DNA of 64,000 nucleotides from an uncultured delta proteobacterium (GTDB taxonomy: Bacteria > Myxococcota_A > Polyangia > Polyangiales > Polyangiaceae): positions 6,688,001 through 6,752,000 of the forward strand of contig CAWAIF010000003.1 of the NCBI GenBank assembly GCA_963782055.1, in the 5' to 3' direction. Below the pieces are notes generated by a model. It did not search any database. It saw nothing but the letters and a program-made list of their open reading frames with translations, and was not told where the DNA came from. Shown one piece after another: positions 10,306 through 21,339 of the stretch. Each line of letters opens with the position of its first letter. Position 1 is the first letter of the stretch. Position numbers and translations under genes: made by a program.

Positions 10306-11994
10306 ATGGACTCCACCTCCCCCACCAAGATCGACACCGTACCCCCCCCGGCGGGGGCCGACTTCTCGCTGCTGATTCTGAAGCCACTGTTTCACGCGCT
10401 GGCTCAAGACGTTGGCGAGATGGTGCTGAGCGAGATCGGGCACGAGGTGGGTCTCACCGCGGGGGATCTGCTGCAAGGCCAGCGTTGGGTCACGCATGGC
10501 GATCTCGAAGCCCTGATGCGGCTCGCCCGCGCCCGGTACGGGAGCGACGCGGAGTTCATGAACGCATGCGCTCGCGACATGACGAAGTACTGGGGGATCG
10601 CCGCGCTGGTGTTCCGCGCCGGGACCATCCTCATGAGCTACAAGGTCCTGGCGAAAACGACCCATGTGGTCAGTCACGTCAGCGACTACGAGATGTCGGA
10701 GGGGACCGCCCGGTCGGTGACGCTGACCTACCGGAGCAAGAAGCCGGAGTCTCGCCTGATGTGCCTCTCCCGGCAGGCGCAGCTGCCGTGCGTACCACTG
10801 ATGTTCTGGAAGCTGGCGCCCGCCCGGCTGACCGAGACCCGGTGCATCGCGCACGGCGACGACGCCTGCGTCTACAACCTGCGGTGGAGCGAGCCGCTCG
10901 CCTGGCGCATCCCCGCCCTCGGCGCGCTCATCGGCGGCCTCGGCGCCGGCGTGGCCTACGCGGGCGGGTGGGAGCCGCACACCGCCGCCTTCTTGCCCCT
11001 CGTCGGGGCGCTGATGGGGGCCGCCTTCGCCTTCCGCCGCATGGTGGAGCAGAGCCACGCCTTTCACGCCGAGACCACCGAGCGCGTGGGCGAGCTGGTC
11101 ACGGCTCATCACAGCGCGATCGACGAGGTCATGGCGCTTCACCAGAGGCAGGAGGCGTACAACGCCATGCTGGAAGATCGGATCGAGTCGCGCACCGCGA
11201 CGCTGGAGGCGATGGTCCGCGAGCTTCGCGGCATCCGCGAGAAGAGCGGCACGGCCCTCAAGGGCCTCTCGCACGACATCCGCAACCCGCTGCAGGTGGT
11301 GAAGCTGAACGCGCAGGCGCTCTCCGAGTACCCCGACAAGGAGGTCGCGGAGGTCGCCGAGCAGATCACCGAGAGCCTGGTGCGCGTGGAGGCGCACATC
11401 CAGCGGCTCGCCATGCTGGCGACCGCCGAGAAGGACGCCTTCGCGCTCAAGGCGGAGCGGGTGGACGTGGGCCCGGTGGCCGACCGCCTCCGCAAGCACC
11501 TGCAGGCGCTCGTCATCGCCCGGGACATCCGCGTGAGCGTCTTCCGCACGCGCGAGGCGCCAGACGCCATCGAGACCGACCTCATGCTCTTCGACCGCGT
11601 GCTCGACAACATCCTGAGCAACGCCGTCAAGTACACCGAGCGCGGCAGCATCGTGGTGGAGGTGGGTGGCGCGCCGGAGAAGCTCTCCATCAAGGTCTCC
11701 GACACCGGCCGCGGCATCGCGCCGGAGCGCCTGGAGAAGGTGTTCGTCGGCGGCCAGCGCGACGAGCGCCCGCTCCTGGGCGAGAGCCACGGCATCGGCC
11801 TCGCCAACACCGTGCGCCTGCTCGATCAGCTCGGCGCCCGGCTCGAGGTCATGTCCAAGCCCGGGGTGGGCACCACGGTGTGGGCCCACTTCCCGATGAT
11901 GCCGCCCCCGGCGACCCCGCACCCCAGCCTGCGGCCCGGCCCGCGGGAGATGCTGGCGCGCGTGGTCACCATCCGTAACGCAGCCAACGAATAG
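10306..11994 (+). CDS. Membrane sensor histidine kinase with an N-terminal HNOB/V4R-like ligand-binding domain
   Basis: C-x5/6-C-x-Y V4R-type motif (ETRCIAHGDDACVYNLRW), two TM helices, coiled coil, SHDIRNPL, NILSNAVKYT, DTGRGI, GIGL. Confidence 0.88.
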   Translation: MDSTSPTKIDTVPPPAGADFSLLILKPLFHALAQDVGEMVLSEIGHEVGLTAGDLLQGQRWVTHGDLEALMRLARARYGSDAEFMNACARDMTKYWGIAALVFRAGTILMSYKVLAKTTHVVSHVSDYEMSEGTARSVTLTYRSKKPESRLMCLSRQAQLPCVPLMFWKLAPARLTETRCIAHGDDACVYNLRWSEPLAWRIPALGALIGGLGAGVAYAGGWEPHTAAFLPLVGALMGAAFAFRRMVEQSHAFHAETTERVGELVTAHHSAIDEVMALHQRQEAYNAMLEDRIESRTATLEAMVRELRGIREKSGTALKGLSHDIRNPLQVVKLNAQALSEYPDKEVAEVAEQITESLVRVEAHIQRLAMLATAEKDAFALKAERVDVGPVADRLRKHLQALVIARDIRVSVFRTREAPDAIETDLMLFDRVLDNILSNAVKYTERGSIVVEVGGAPEKLSIKVSDTGRGIAPERLEKVFVGGQRDERPLLGESHGIGLANTVRLLDQLGARLEVMSKPGVGTTVWAHFPMMPPPATPHPSLRPGPREMLARVVTIRNAANE

Positions 11995-12013
11995 AAATAG
12001 CGAGAAGTAAGCC

Positions 12014-13747
12014 ATGCCCGACGCATCCGGATTCACCCGTGCACTCGACGTTTTTCTCCAGTACCTGATCGCGGAGGGGGCCACGGTCGTCTTCGGGGTC
12101 CCCGGCGGGCTCCTTCACCCCTTCTTCGAGGCCGTGGAGCAGCACCCGAAGCTGCGCCTGGTGGTCACCAAGCACGAGGAGGGCGCGGCGTTCATGGCCG
12201 ACGGCTTCGCCCGGACGACGGGCCACCTCGGCGTGTGCGCGAGCACCGCCGGCCCCGGCGCGACCAACCTGATGACCGGCGTCTCCGTCGCCTACGCCGA
12301 CGGCGTCCCCATGCTCGTCCTCACCGGGCAGGTGCAGTCGTCGGCGATCGGCAAGGGCGCCGCGCAGGAGACGGGCGCGGGCGACATGGACATCGTGGCG
12401 ATGTTCCGTCCGGTCACCAAGTACTCGGCGTTCGTCGAGTCGCCCGACCGCCTCGCCCACCACCTGCGCCGCGCGCTGCGCATGGCGATGAGCGGCCGGC
12501 CGGGGCCGGTGCACCTGAACATCCCGGTCGACTTCTGGGGCAAGGCGGTGGAGGAGCACTGGTTCGACCCGGAGACGTACCGCCCGACGTCGCACCTGTT
12601 CGACCGCAACGCGGTGAGCCGCGCGGCCGAGGCGCTGCTCAAGGCGCGCAAGCCCACGCTCCTGGTGGGGTCCGGCTGCGTGGCCGCCGGCGCCGAGGAG
12701 CACGTGCAGACCCTCGCCGAGCTGCTGCAGGCGCGCGTGTGCACCTCGCCCCGCGCCAAGGGCGCGCTGGCCGAGGATCACCCGCTCTCCATGGGCGTGC
12801 TCGGCTTCGCCGGGCACCGCGAGGCGAAGTCCACCCTGCTCTCCAGCGACGTGGACACCCTCTTCACCGTCGGCGCCTCGCTGAACGAGACGACCACCTT
12901 CAACTGGAACCCCGAGCTGCGCCACGGCAAGACGCTCATCCAGCTGGACATCGACTCCGACCGCGTCGGCCGCAGCTACCCCGTCGACATCCCCCTCGTC
13001 GGCGACGCGCAGACGATCCTCGTCGAGCTCGTCTACCACATCCACCGGCGCATCCGGGACGGCGCGGTCCCGGCGTCGGAGTGGCCGAAGGCGAAGCCGC
13101 CCGTGCGCGGGCACGCGCGCTACGACCAGCCGGACCTGCGCAAGTCGGACGCCGTGCCGCTCACGCCGCAGCGCTGGCGCGTGGACCTGCAGCAGGCGCT
13201 GCCCGACGACGCCATCCTCTTCTCCGACATCGGCGGGCACATGCTCTTCAACATCCACAATCTCTGCATCCGCGAGGGCCAGCGCTTCGTGCTCAACCTG
13301 GGCTTCGGCTCGATGGGCCACGGCACCTGCGCGCCCATCGGTGCGGCGCTCGCGCACCCCGGGCGCCCTGTCGTCTCCATCATCGGCGATGCCTGCTTCA
13401 CCATGAACGGGATGGAGCTGCTCACCGCCGCCGAGTACCGCGTGCCCGTCGTGTGGATCGTGGAGAACAACCAGATGCACGGCATCACCTGGCACGGCAG
13501 CCAGAAGGTGGGCAACGGCAAGCCAATGAACGCGGTGAAGTACCAGCGCCCGCTGGAGGTCGCGTCGATCGCGCGGGCCATGGGCCTGCCGGCGTGGGTC
13601 GTCGACAGCCCGGACCAGATCCAGGACGCGCTGAAGGAGGCCCTCCGCATGCACGCGCCGGCGCTCATCGAGGTGCGCGTCGACGGCCGCATCTGCCCTC
13701 CGCTCGGCGACCGCGCGCGCAGCGTCGCGGGGTTCAAGGGTACATGA
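12014..13747 (+). CDS. ThDP-dependent enzyme, acetolactate synthase large-subunit-like
   Basis: VFGVPG, KHEEGAAFMADG, GPGATN, GRPGPV, GSMG and GDACF..N..E...NN ThDP motif; no ilvH small subunit nearby. Confidence 0.9.
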   Translation: MPDASGFTRALDVFLQYLIAEGATVVFGVPGGLLHPFFEAVEQHPKLRLVVTKHEEGAAFMADGFARTTGHLGVCASTAGPGATNLMTGVSVAYADGVPMLVLTGQVQSSAIGKGAAQETGAGDMDIVAMFRPVTKYSAFVESPDRLAHHLRRALRMAMSGRPGPVHLNIPVDFWGKAVEEHWFDPETYRPTSHLFDRNAVSRAAEALLKARKPTLLVGSGCVAAGAEEHVQTLAELLQARVCTSPRAKGALAEDHPLSMGVLGFAGHREAKSTLLSSDVDTLFTVGASLNETTTFNWNPELRHGKTLIQLDIDSDRVGRSYPVDIPLVGDAQTILVELVYHIHRRIRDGAVPASEWPKAKPPVRGHARYDQPDLRKSDAVPLTPQRWRVDLQQALPDDAILFSDIGGHMLFNIHNLCIREGQRFVLNLGFGSMGHGTCAPIGAALAHPGRPVVSIIGDACFTMNGMELLTAAEYRVPVVWIVENNQMHGITWHGSQKVGNGKPMNAVKYQRPLEVASIARAMGLPAWVVDSPDQIQDALKEALRMHAPALIEVRVDGRICPPLGDRARSVAGFKGT

Positions 13748-14448
13748 CCGCGGCGGCGAAGGGCGTGGGGCCCATCGAGGACCGCGAGCTGCCGCAGACG
13801 CTCACCGCCCGGGTGGTGCAGCCCGGCGCGCGGCCGAGGCTGCACGGCTACGACGTGCAGGGCGATCTGGCGCGCCACTACCGCTTCGGCGAGGTGGTGC
13901 TGCTGGCACTCACCGGAGAGGCACCGACGGAGGAGGCGGGCCGCGCCTTCGAGGTGGCGATGGTCTTCGCCGGTGCCGCTCCCATCTCCGAACCGCCTGC
14001 CCACGCCGCGTCCCTCGCCCGGCTGTGCGGTGCGCGCCCCGGCAGCGTGACGGCGGTGGCGGCGGTCGCCTTGACCGAGCAAGCGCGGGCGAGCGTGGAG
14101 CAGCACGGCGAGCTCTTGCGCTGGCTCGCGATGCCGGAAGGTCCCTTGCCCGAGTCGGCCCGCGCGAAGACCGAGGACGAGCACCTCGCCTGCGCCCGCA
14201 TGCGGCGAGCGCTGGGGGACCTGTCGCGCCTGGTCCCTGTGCTCCAGGAGGACTTGGCGCCGGAGGGTGTGCTCCTGGCAGTCCTGTTCGCCTGCGGGCT
14301 TCAGGATCCGGATCGTATCCAGGTCGCCCTGACGCTCGCGCGCCTGGCCGCCACGACGGCGGAAGGGCTCGCCACCACGCCCGGGGCGCTCCGCGACTAT
14401 CCAATGAACGTGCCCGCCTTTCGGTACGAGGAGCTCACCGATGCCTGA
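13744..14448 (+). CDS. Degenerate citrate synthase / citryl-CoA lyase-fold protein
   Basis: RLHGYDV..DL...F.E...L..TGE.P N-terminus typical of the citryl-CoA lyase family; ATGA coupling to the upstream gene; catalytic motifs not recognisable. Confidence 0.65.
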   Translation: MTAAAKGVGPIEDRELPQTLTARVVQPGARPRLHGYDVQGDLARHYRFGEVVLLALTGEAPTEEAGRAFEVAMVFAGAAPISEPPAHAASLARLCGARPGSVTAVAAVALTEQARASVEQHGELLRWLAMPEGPLPESARAKTEDEHLACARMRRALGDLSRLVPVLQEDLAPEGVLLAVLFACGLQDPDRIQVALTLARLAATTAEGLATTPGALRDYPMNVPAFRYEELTDA

Positions 14449-15247
14449 TGACATCACTACCCGCGTCGCGCGCGCCGACTGGGGCGAGAACCACTTTCGC
14501 GGATACCGGGTGAACGGCCAGCTCGTCGGAACCGACGGCTGGGCGAGCGTGCTGTCTCTCGCCGCGGGCGGTCCGCGTCTCGGAAAGGAGGACGCGGCGC
14601 TCGTGGAAGATCTGGCGATCTGCTCCCTGGCGGCGGACCCGCGCATCTGGCCGCTGAAGGCGGCGCGGCTCGTGGCAACGTACGGAAGTGCCTTCGCAGG
14701 CATCGCGAGCGGCCACCTGCTGCTCGCGGGTGCGATGATGGGTCCGGAACCGACGGGGGCCGCGGCCAACCTGCTCATCGAGCTCGCGACGAAGCTGGGG
14801 GACCGTGCGGATGATCCAGCCGCCGTGCAGGAGCTGGTCGACGACCTGCTCGCGAACGGGCGCGTTCCCGGCTTCGGGGTGGCGTTTCGCGGCGCCGACG
14901 AGCGGGTCAATGCAATCAAGGGGTGCATCGCGACGCGCGGGCGAGAATCCGGCCCATACTGGCGTCTCCTGAGCGCGCTCGAGGCTGCCGTCCGAGCGCG
15001 CCGAGAGCTCCACGTCAACCTCGGCCTGGCCGCAGCCGCCGTCTTGCTCGACGTCGGTATGCGACCGGACACGATCACCTTCGTGATGTCCGCGTACCTC
15101 GACGTGTGCTTCTACGCCAACGCGGTCGAGGGCGCGGAGCAGAAGTCGGAGGTGCTGCGACGCCTGCCCGACGACGCCGTGCGCTACGAGGGGCCACCGC
15201 CCCGCGTCTCCCCGCGCGCCGCGCTCGCCGGCAAAGGCGGGAGGTGA
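14441..15247 (+). CDS. Citrate synthase / citryl-CoA lyase-fold protein (DPRIWP type)
   Basis: FRGYRV..L, RVPGFG, D.R, VN.G, C-terminal YEGP..R; overlaps the upstream stop. Confidence 0.72.
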   Translation: MPDDITTRVARADWGENHFRGYRVNGQLVGTDGWASVLSLAAGGPRLGKEDAALVEDLAICSLAADPRIWPLKAARLVATYGSAFAGIASGHLLLAGAMMGPEPTGAAANLLIELATKLGDRADDPAAVQELVDDLLANGRVPGFGVAFRGADERVNAIKGCIATRGRESGPYWRLLSALEAAVRARRELHVNLGLAAAAVLLDVGMRPDTITFVMSAYLDVCFYANAVEGAEQKSEVLRRLPDDAVRYEGPPPRVSPRAALAGKGGR

Positions 15248-15283
15248 TCCGCCGGGCGCCGCGTGCTACTCGTTGTGCCGTTC

Positions 15284-15360
<77 letters not shown>

Positions 15361-15424
15361 CTGCGCGGCCCTCGTCCGCGCCAGGTCGGTCCTGGCCCGC
15401 GCGGGGAAGTTCCGGCAAATCCTC

Positions 15425-16123
15425 TCAGTCGGAGAAGTCGTTGGTCAGGTAGAGGTGGCCGCTGACCTCCACCAGGCCGACGCCCACGCGCTTGAACTTG
15501 GTGTTCATCATGTTCATGTAGTGGCCGTGGGCCTCCCCCTGGCCGGGGCCCTCGTTGTACATGGCGAGCTGGATCGAATCGATCTGGTCGAGCTCGTTCG
15601 TCGTCGGGTCGTTGGACAGCTTGGTCCAGCCGTTGGGGTCGCCCTGGTTCTCACCGGCGCTGGTGGTGAAGCCGCTGGTCCAGAGCGTGCCGTTGTTGCC
15701 GGCGTCGATGAAGTGCTGGTGCGGAGTGTGATCCTGCGTCAGCTCCTTCGACCCCGCGAGGGCGAAGGTGCAGAGCTTGGCGTCGAGCACCAGCGGCGCG
15801 ACCCCCTTGCCCGCGCGGTACTTGTTGATGACGTCCAGGTTGTGATGCTGGAACTGGTCGAAGCCGTCCCCCGCGTCCTGGACGACGCCGCTGTCCTTGC
15901 CGTTGCTGGTGCCCGCGTCCTTGGTGGCCGGCGTGCCGGCATCGTTGCTCGTGGGGGGCGTGGTGCCGGAGTCGTCGTCGGTCGACGACGGCGGCGCGGT
16001 GGTGCCCGCGTCATCGCCGCCCGGCGAGGAGTTGTCGGTCTTTCCCCAGCCACTCGGCGCCGCCGAGCAGGCCGCGAGCCCGATGACCACCAGTCCGCCA
16101 GCAAGAAGGGTGAGCGTTCGCAT
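15425..16123 (-). CDS. CAP (SCP/Tpx-1) domain lipoprotein
   Basis: Lipobox GLAAC, S/T/D/G linker with DAG repeats, IN.YR, GEN, GHY.NM....K.VGVG. Confidence 0.85.
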   Translation of the reverse strand: MRTLTLLAGGLVVIGLAACSAAPSGWGKTDNSSPGGDDAGTTAPPSSTDDDSGTTPPTSNDAGTPATKDAGTSNGKDSGVVQDAGDGFDQFQHHNLDVINKYRAGKGVAPLVLDAKLCTFALAGSKELTQDHTPHQHFIDAGNNGTLWTSGFTTSAGENQGDPNGWTKLSNDPTTNELDQIDSIQLAMYNEGPGQGEAHGHYMNMMNTKFKRVGVGLVEVSGHLYLTNDFSD

Positions 16124-16332
16124 GATGTATCCCTCTGGAGGGGCAGGTACCACATCGGCGCAGAAAGGCGCCCTCTGTGAGGACGATTTCTCGCAAATAG
16201 CGCTGACGTCGGTCGACACGCACTCTCACTGCATCGCGCCGCGCGGCCGGGGCGGATTAATCGCGCGACATCGAACGAGCGATGGGCGTCATCGACGCGC
16301 CCTGCGGGCCGTCGACGGCCTCCGGCCGGACC

Positions 16333-17112
16333 TCAATCCTGCGCGAAGAGCACCGCGGTGGGCGTCGCATGGACCTCGTGCTCCGGATCGTGGATGCGCG
16401 CCACGCCCGTCCCGACGGCCACCAGCTCCAGGATGTGCGAGTCCCACCCGTGGTTGCTCTCGCGCACGTCCACCGCGACGATGCCCGCATCCGCCCCCGC
16501 CTGCGCCGCCTCGTACTGCATGCGGCCCATCGCGAGCTCGCGCGCGTCGTAGAGCGCGGCGGTAAACTGCGGCATCTCCAGGTTCTGGTACTGCTGGCCG
16601 GAGAAGAAGCTGGAGAGCGCCTTGCCGAGCGACTGGTGCGCGATGTGATAGACGCACACGCCGTGCGCCAGGGAGATCGGGCGGAAGCCGGCGCGCACCA
16701 GCGCCCAGAAGTCCACGCCGGAGAGGTCGCAGGTGAAGGGCATCCCGTGCCGGTCGCGCCACGCCGCACCGTCGCCCTTGCGGCGACGCACGGCGGTGCC
16801 GATCGCGCAGAACTCGGCGTGGTCGCCCTCGCGCTCCATCTCGATGCGCATGCCCACGACGCCGTCGGCGCCGAAGCGGCCGGCCTGCTCGAGCAGCCGC
16901 GCCATCGCGAGCTGGCGGGCGCGCAGCATCATCGCCGAGACGTTGCCCAGCTCCTGGTTGGCGGTCCACGCCGCGTACGACCACCCGATGTGGAAGTAGC
17001 TCGTGCCCATCACCAGCTCGAGCGGCTCGAACCCCACCTCCTCGACGAGCATCAGCTCGTCGATGGTGAGGTCGCTCGTGAAGGCGTGGGTAGGCGCCGC
17101 CGCCTGGTTCAT
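16333..17112 (-). CDS. Tandem YbjQ/UPF0145 (heavy-metal-binding) domain protein
   Basis: FTSDL, AR.LAM.RL...A...GADGVVG, EF.AIGTAV repeated twice; ATGA coupling. Confidence 0.85.
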   Translation of the reverse strand: MNQAAAPTHAFTSDLTIDELMLVEEVGFEPLELVMGTSYFHIGWSYAAWTANQELGNVSAMMLRARQLAMARLLEQAGRFGADGVVGMRIEMEREGDHAEFCAIGTAVRRRKGDGAAWRDRHGMPFTCDLSGVDFWALVRAGFRPISLAHGVCVYHIAHQSLGKALSSFFSGQQYQNLEMPQFTAALYDARELAMGRMQYEAAQAGADAGIVAVDVRESNHGWDSHILELVAVGTGVARIHDPEHEVHATPTAVLFAQD

Positions 17113-17960
17113 TCGTTCACCGTCATCACGAGCTGCGGCGTGGGCGGCGCCTCCACCGCGTGGATGGGCACCACGCTGGTGCCGATGGCGAAGAACTCGA
17201 TGACGTGGGCGTCCCACCCGCCGTGCGTCCACTCGTAGACCTCGGTCCCGACCACGCCCTGCGCGCCGTCCGTCTGCGCCTCGTACTGCAGACGCTCCAT
17301 CGCCAGCTCGCGCGCGTCGTACAGGGCCTGGGTGAAGTTGGGCATCTCCACGTTCTGCCCGGCGCTCTGGAACCAGCCGCCGAGCGTCTGGTGCGCGACG
17401 TGGTAGACGCAGTTGCCCATCACCAGCGAGACGGGCCGGAAGCCGCTGCGCAGCAGCATCCAGAAGTCCTGACCGGACAGATCGCTGGTGAAGGGCATGC
17501 CGCTCGGCGCGCGGAAGTTCGGCACCTCGTACTGCTTCTTCGCGGCCTCCTGCGCGAAGACCGCGGTGCCCACGGCGACGAACTCGATGAGGCTCTCCCC
17601 CCAGGCGTGGCGGTTGACCTTCAGCCGCACGCCGATGACACCCTCGGCGCCGAGCTCGTGCGCCTCTTCTTCCATGCGCGCCATCGCAAGCTCGCGGGCC
17701 TGGTAGAGCGCCTGCGTCAGCACGCCCATCTCCTGGTTCTGGCTGTAGCCCGCGCGCTGGTAGCCCACGTGGTAGATGGAGGAGCCCATCACCAGGCCGG
17801 CGCACTCGAAGCCGGCCTCGCGTACCAGCAAGAACTCCTTCACCGAGAGGTCGCTGGTGAAGAAGCGCTGCCCCTGCGGCCCACGCATGCGCTGGATGCG
17901 CTCGGCGGCGTGCTGGGGGATCGCCTGGCGCTGCGCCTGCGGGCGGTTGTAGTTGGCCAT
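17109..17960 (-). CDS. Tandem YbjQ/UPF0145 domain protein
   Basis: Two FTSDLS...ARELAM.R...GA.GV.G...IEF.A.GT modules. Confidence 0.88.
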   Translation of the reverse strand: MANYNRPQAQRQAIPQHAAERIQRMRGPQGQRFFTSDLSVKEFLLVREAGFECAGLVMGSSIYHVGYQRAGYSQNQEMGVLTQALYQARELAMARMEEEAHELGAEGVIGVRLKVNRHAWGESLIEFVAVGTAVFAQEAAKKQYEVPNFRAPSGMPFTSDLSGQDFWMLLRSGFRPVSLVMGNCVYHVAHQTLGGWFQSAGQNVEMPNFTQALYDARELAMERLQYEAQTDGAQGVVGTEVYEWTHGGWDAHVIEFFAIGTSVVPIHAVEAPPTPQLVMTVNE

Positions 17961-17963
17961 CGG

Positions 17964-18914
17964 TCAGTCCTCGCGGTTCTCGAAGCGCACGTTGGGGTTC
18001 TGCGAGGCGAGGCCGTGCTCGCCGTAGCGTGAAGGGCGATCCCGGAGGTCGACGACGACGAGCGGGCGCGGCGGCGCGTGATCGTGCGCGACGTCCGCGC
18101 GGCGCACGACGGCGGTGCCCATGACGACGAGATCGAGCTCGAAGGAGGTGTGGCTGCTCTCGTTGACCTCGTACTCGCGGTCGCGGCCGCGGCGCAGGAT
18201 GCGTACGCCGACGACCCCGTGCGCGCCGAAGTGCTGCGCGAAGGTGCGGAAGCGGTGCACCGCCTGGTCGCGCGCCTCGTGGGCCGCGCGGGTGTGTACC
18301 GGGAGCTCGCCGGAGAACCAGCTCCCCTCGCTGGCGCAGTCGGCGTGGCGCGCGTACCAGAAGCAGTTGCCGATGGCGATGCCGGAGGGCCAGTAGCCGG
18401 CGCGGTGGAGCTTGAAGAGCTCGTCCGCCTTCAGCAGGGTGAGCACCGGCTGCTGCGGTGGCGGCACGTCCTTGACGCGCACCGCTGTGCCCACGGCGGT
18501 GAACTCGATGAGATCGGCGCCCCACTCGTAGCCGCGGCCGAGGAAGCGCACGTCGATGACCATGTGCGCGCCGAGCAGCGCCGCCTCCTGCTGCATGCGC
18601 GAGAGGGCGCGGGAGCGCGCCGTCTCGTAGGCGCGGGTGAGCTGCACCAGCTCCCCGCCGCCCCACCGCGCGAAGCCGCGCAGCCCGACGTGAAAGACGC
18701 TGGAGCCCATCACCTGACTGATGGGCTCGACCCCGGTGGACCGCGCGACCACCGTCTCCGGCACCGAGAGGGTGCTGGTGAAGACCTTCTGCTGCCCCTG
18801 GTTCAGCTCCCAGATCCGGCGCTGCGCGCGCAGCGGCAGTCCGCCCTGCTGGACCTGCGCGGTGCTGCGCGCCTCGTCGACGGGGCGGTCCGGAAGAAAC
18901 TGGTGGCGCGGCAT
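17964..18914 (-). CDS. Tandem YbjQ/UPF0145 domain protein (more divergent)
   Basis: FTSTLS, AR.RAL.RMQ.EA..LGA, IEFTAVGTAV, GAHGVVGV; TGATG coupling. Confidence 0.82.
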   Translation of the reverse strand: MPRHQFLPDRPVDEARSTAQVQQGGLPLRAQRRIWELNQGQQKVFTSTLSVPETVVARSTGVEPISQVMGSSVFHVGLRGFARWGGGELVQLTRAYETARSRALSRMQQEAALLGAHMVIDVRFLGRGYEWGADLIEFTAVGTAVRVKDVPPPQQPVLTLLKADELFKLHRAGYWPSGIAIGNCFWYARHADCASEGSWFSGELPVHTRAAHEARDQAVHRFRTFAQHFGAHGVVGVRILRRGRDREYEVNESSHTSFELDLVVMGTAVVRRADVAHDHAPPRPLVVVDLRDRPSRYGEHGLASQNPNVRFENRED

Positions 18915-19384
18915 CAGCGGTTGCCGCCGCCGCCGCCGAACTGGCCGAGCACCCACGCCGCGCGGGCGTTGGTGTTCGCGTGGCGGGCGAGGGCGTCGAG
19001 GAGCATGTCCACCCACTGGTCGAGGGGGAGCTCCTTGGTGCGCAGGGCGATGCCGCGCACGACCTTGCGGTGCTGCGCCGCCGCGCGCTTGCCCTCCCGG
19101 CGGACCATGAAGACGTCGGGCTCCAGGTTGACCTCGATGGCGAGCACGAAGCTGCCGTTGGCCTCGATGCGGGTGTGCTCGTTGAAGCCCTGGTAGAGCG
19201 TGTTGGCCAGGTGGGAGAGGAAGTTGTCGACGTTGGCCAGGTCGAGCGCCATCCCCTGGGCGATCTGATCGGCGGTGATGCCGACCTGGATCTGTGTCCT
19301 GCAGTAGGGACAGGTGAAGATCTGGCCGTCGGGCGGGGCATCCATGATGCCGCCGCAGTTGCTGCAACGAACGGGATCGGGCAT
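18914..19384 (-). CDS. Zinc-ribbon protein with an uncharacterised C-terminal domain
   Basis: CSNCG...CPYC; first gene of the translationally coupled YbjQ operon. Confidence 0.75.
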   Translation of the reverse strand: MPDPVRCSNCGGIMDAPPDGQIFTCPYCRTQIQVGITADQIAQGMALDLANVDNFLSHLANTLYQGFNEHTRIEANGSFVLAIEVNLEPDVFMVRREGKRAAAQHRKVVRGIALRTKELPLDQWVDMLLDALARHANTNARAAWVLGQFGGGGGNR

Positions 19385-19481
19385 TGCAGGTCGACGATAG
19401 CCAATTCGCGGGCAGATCGAAAGCCACCCGAGGGCGCGGGAGTCCGGCCCGCGGGGCCGGGGGTTGTTATGCTGCCCCGCC

Positions 19482-21329
<1,848 letters not shown>

Positions 21330-21339
21330 CGGGACAGCC

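Noticed and set aside
12014..13747. Calling the ThDP enzyme ilvB
   Set aside because: No ilvH/ilvN or ilvC neighbour, and the context suggests a specialised pathway; symbol withheld
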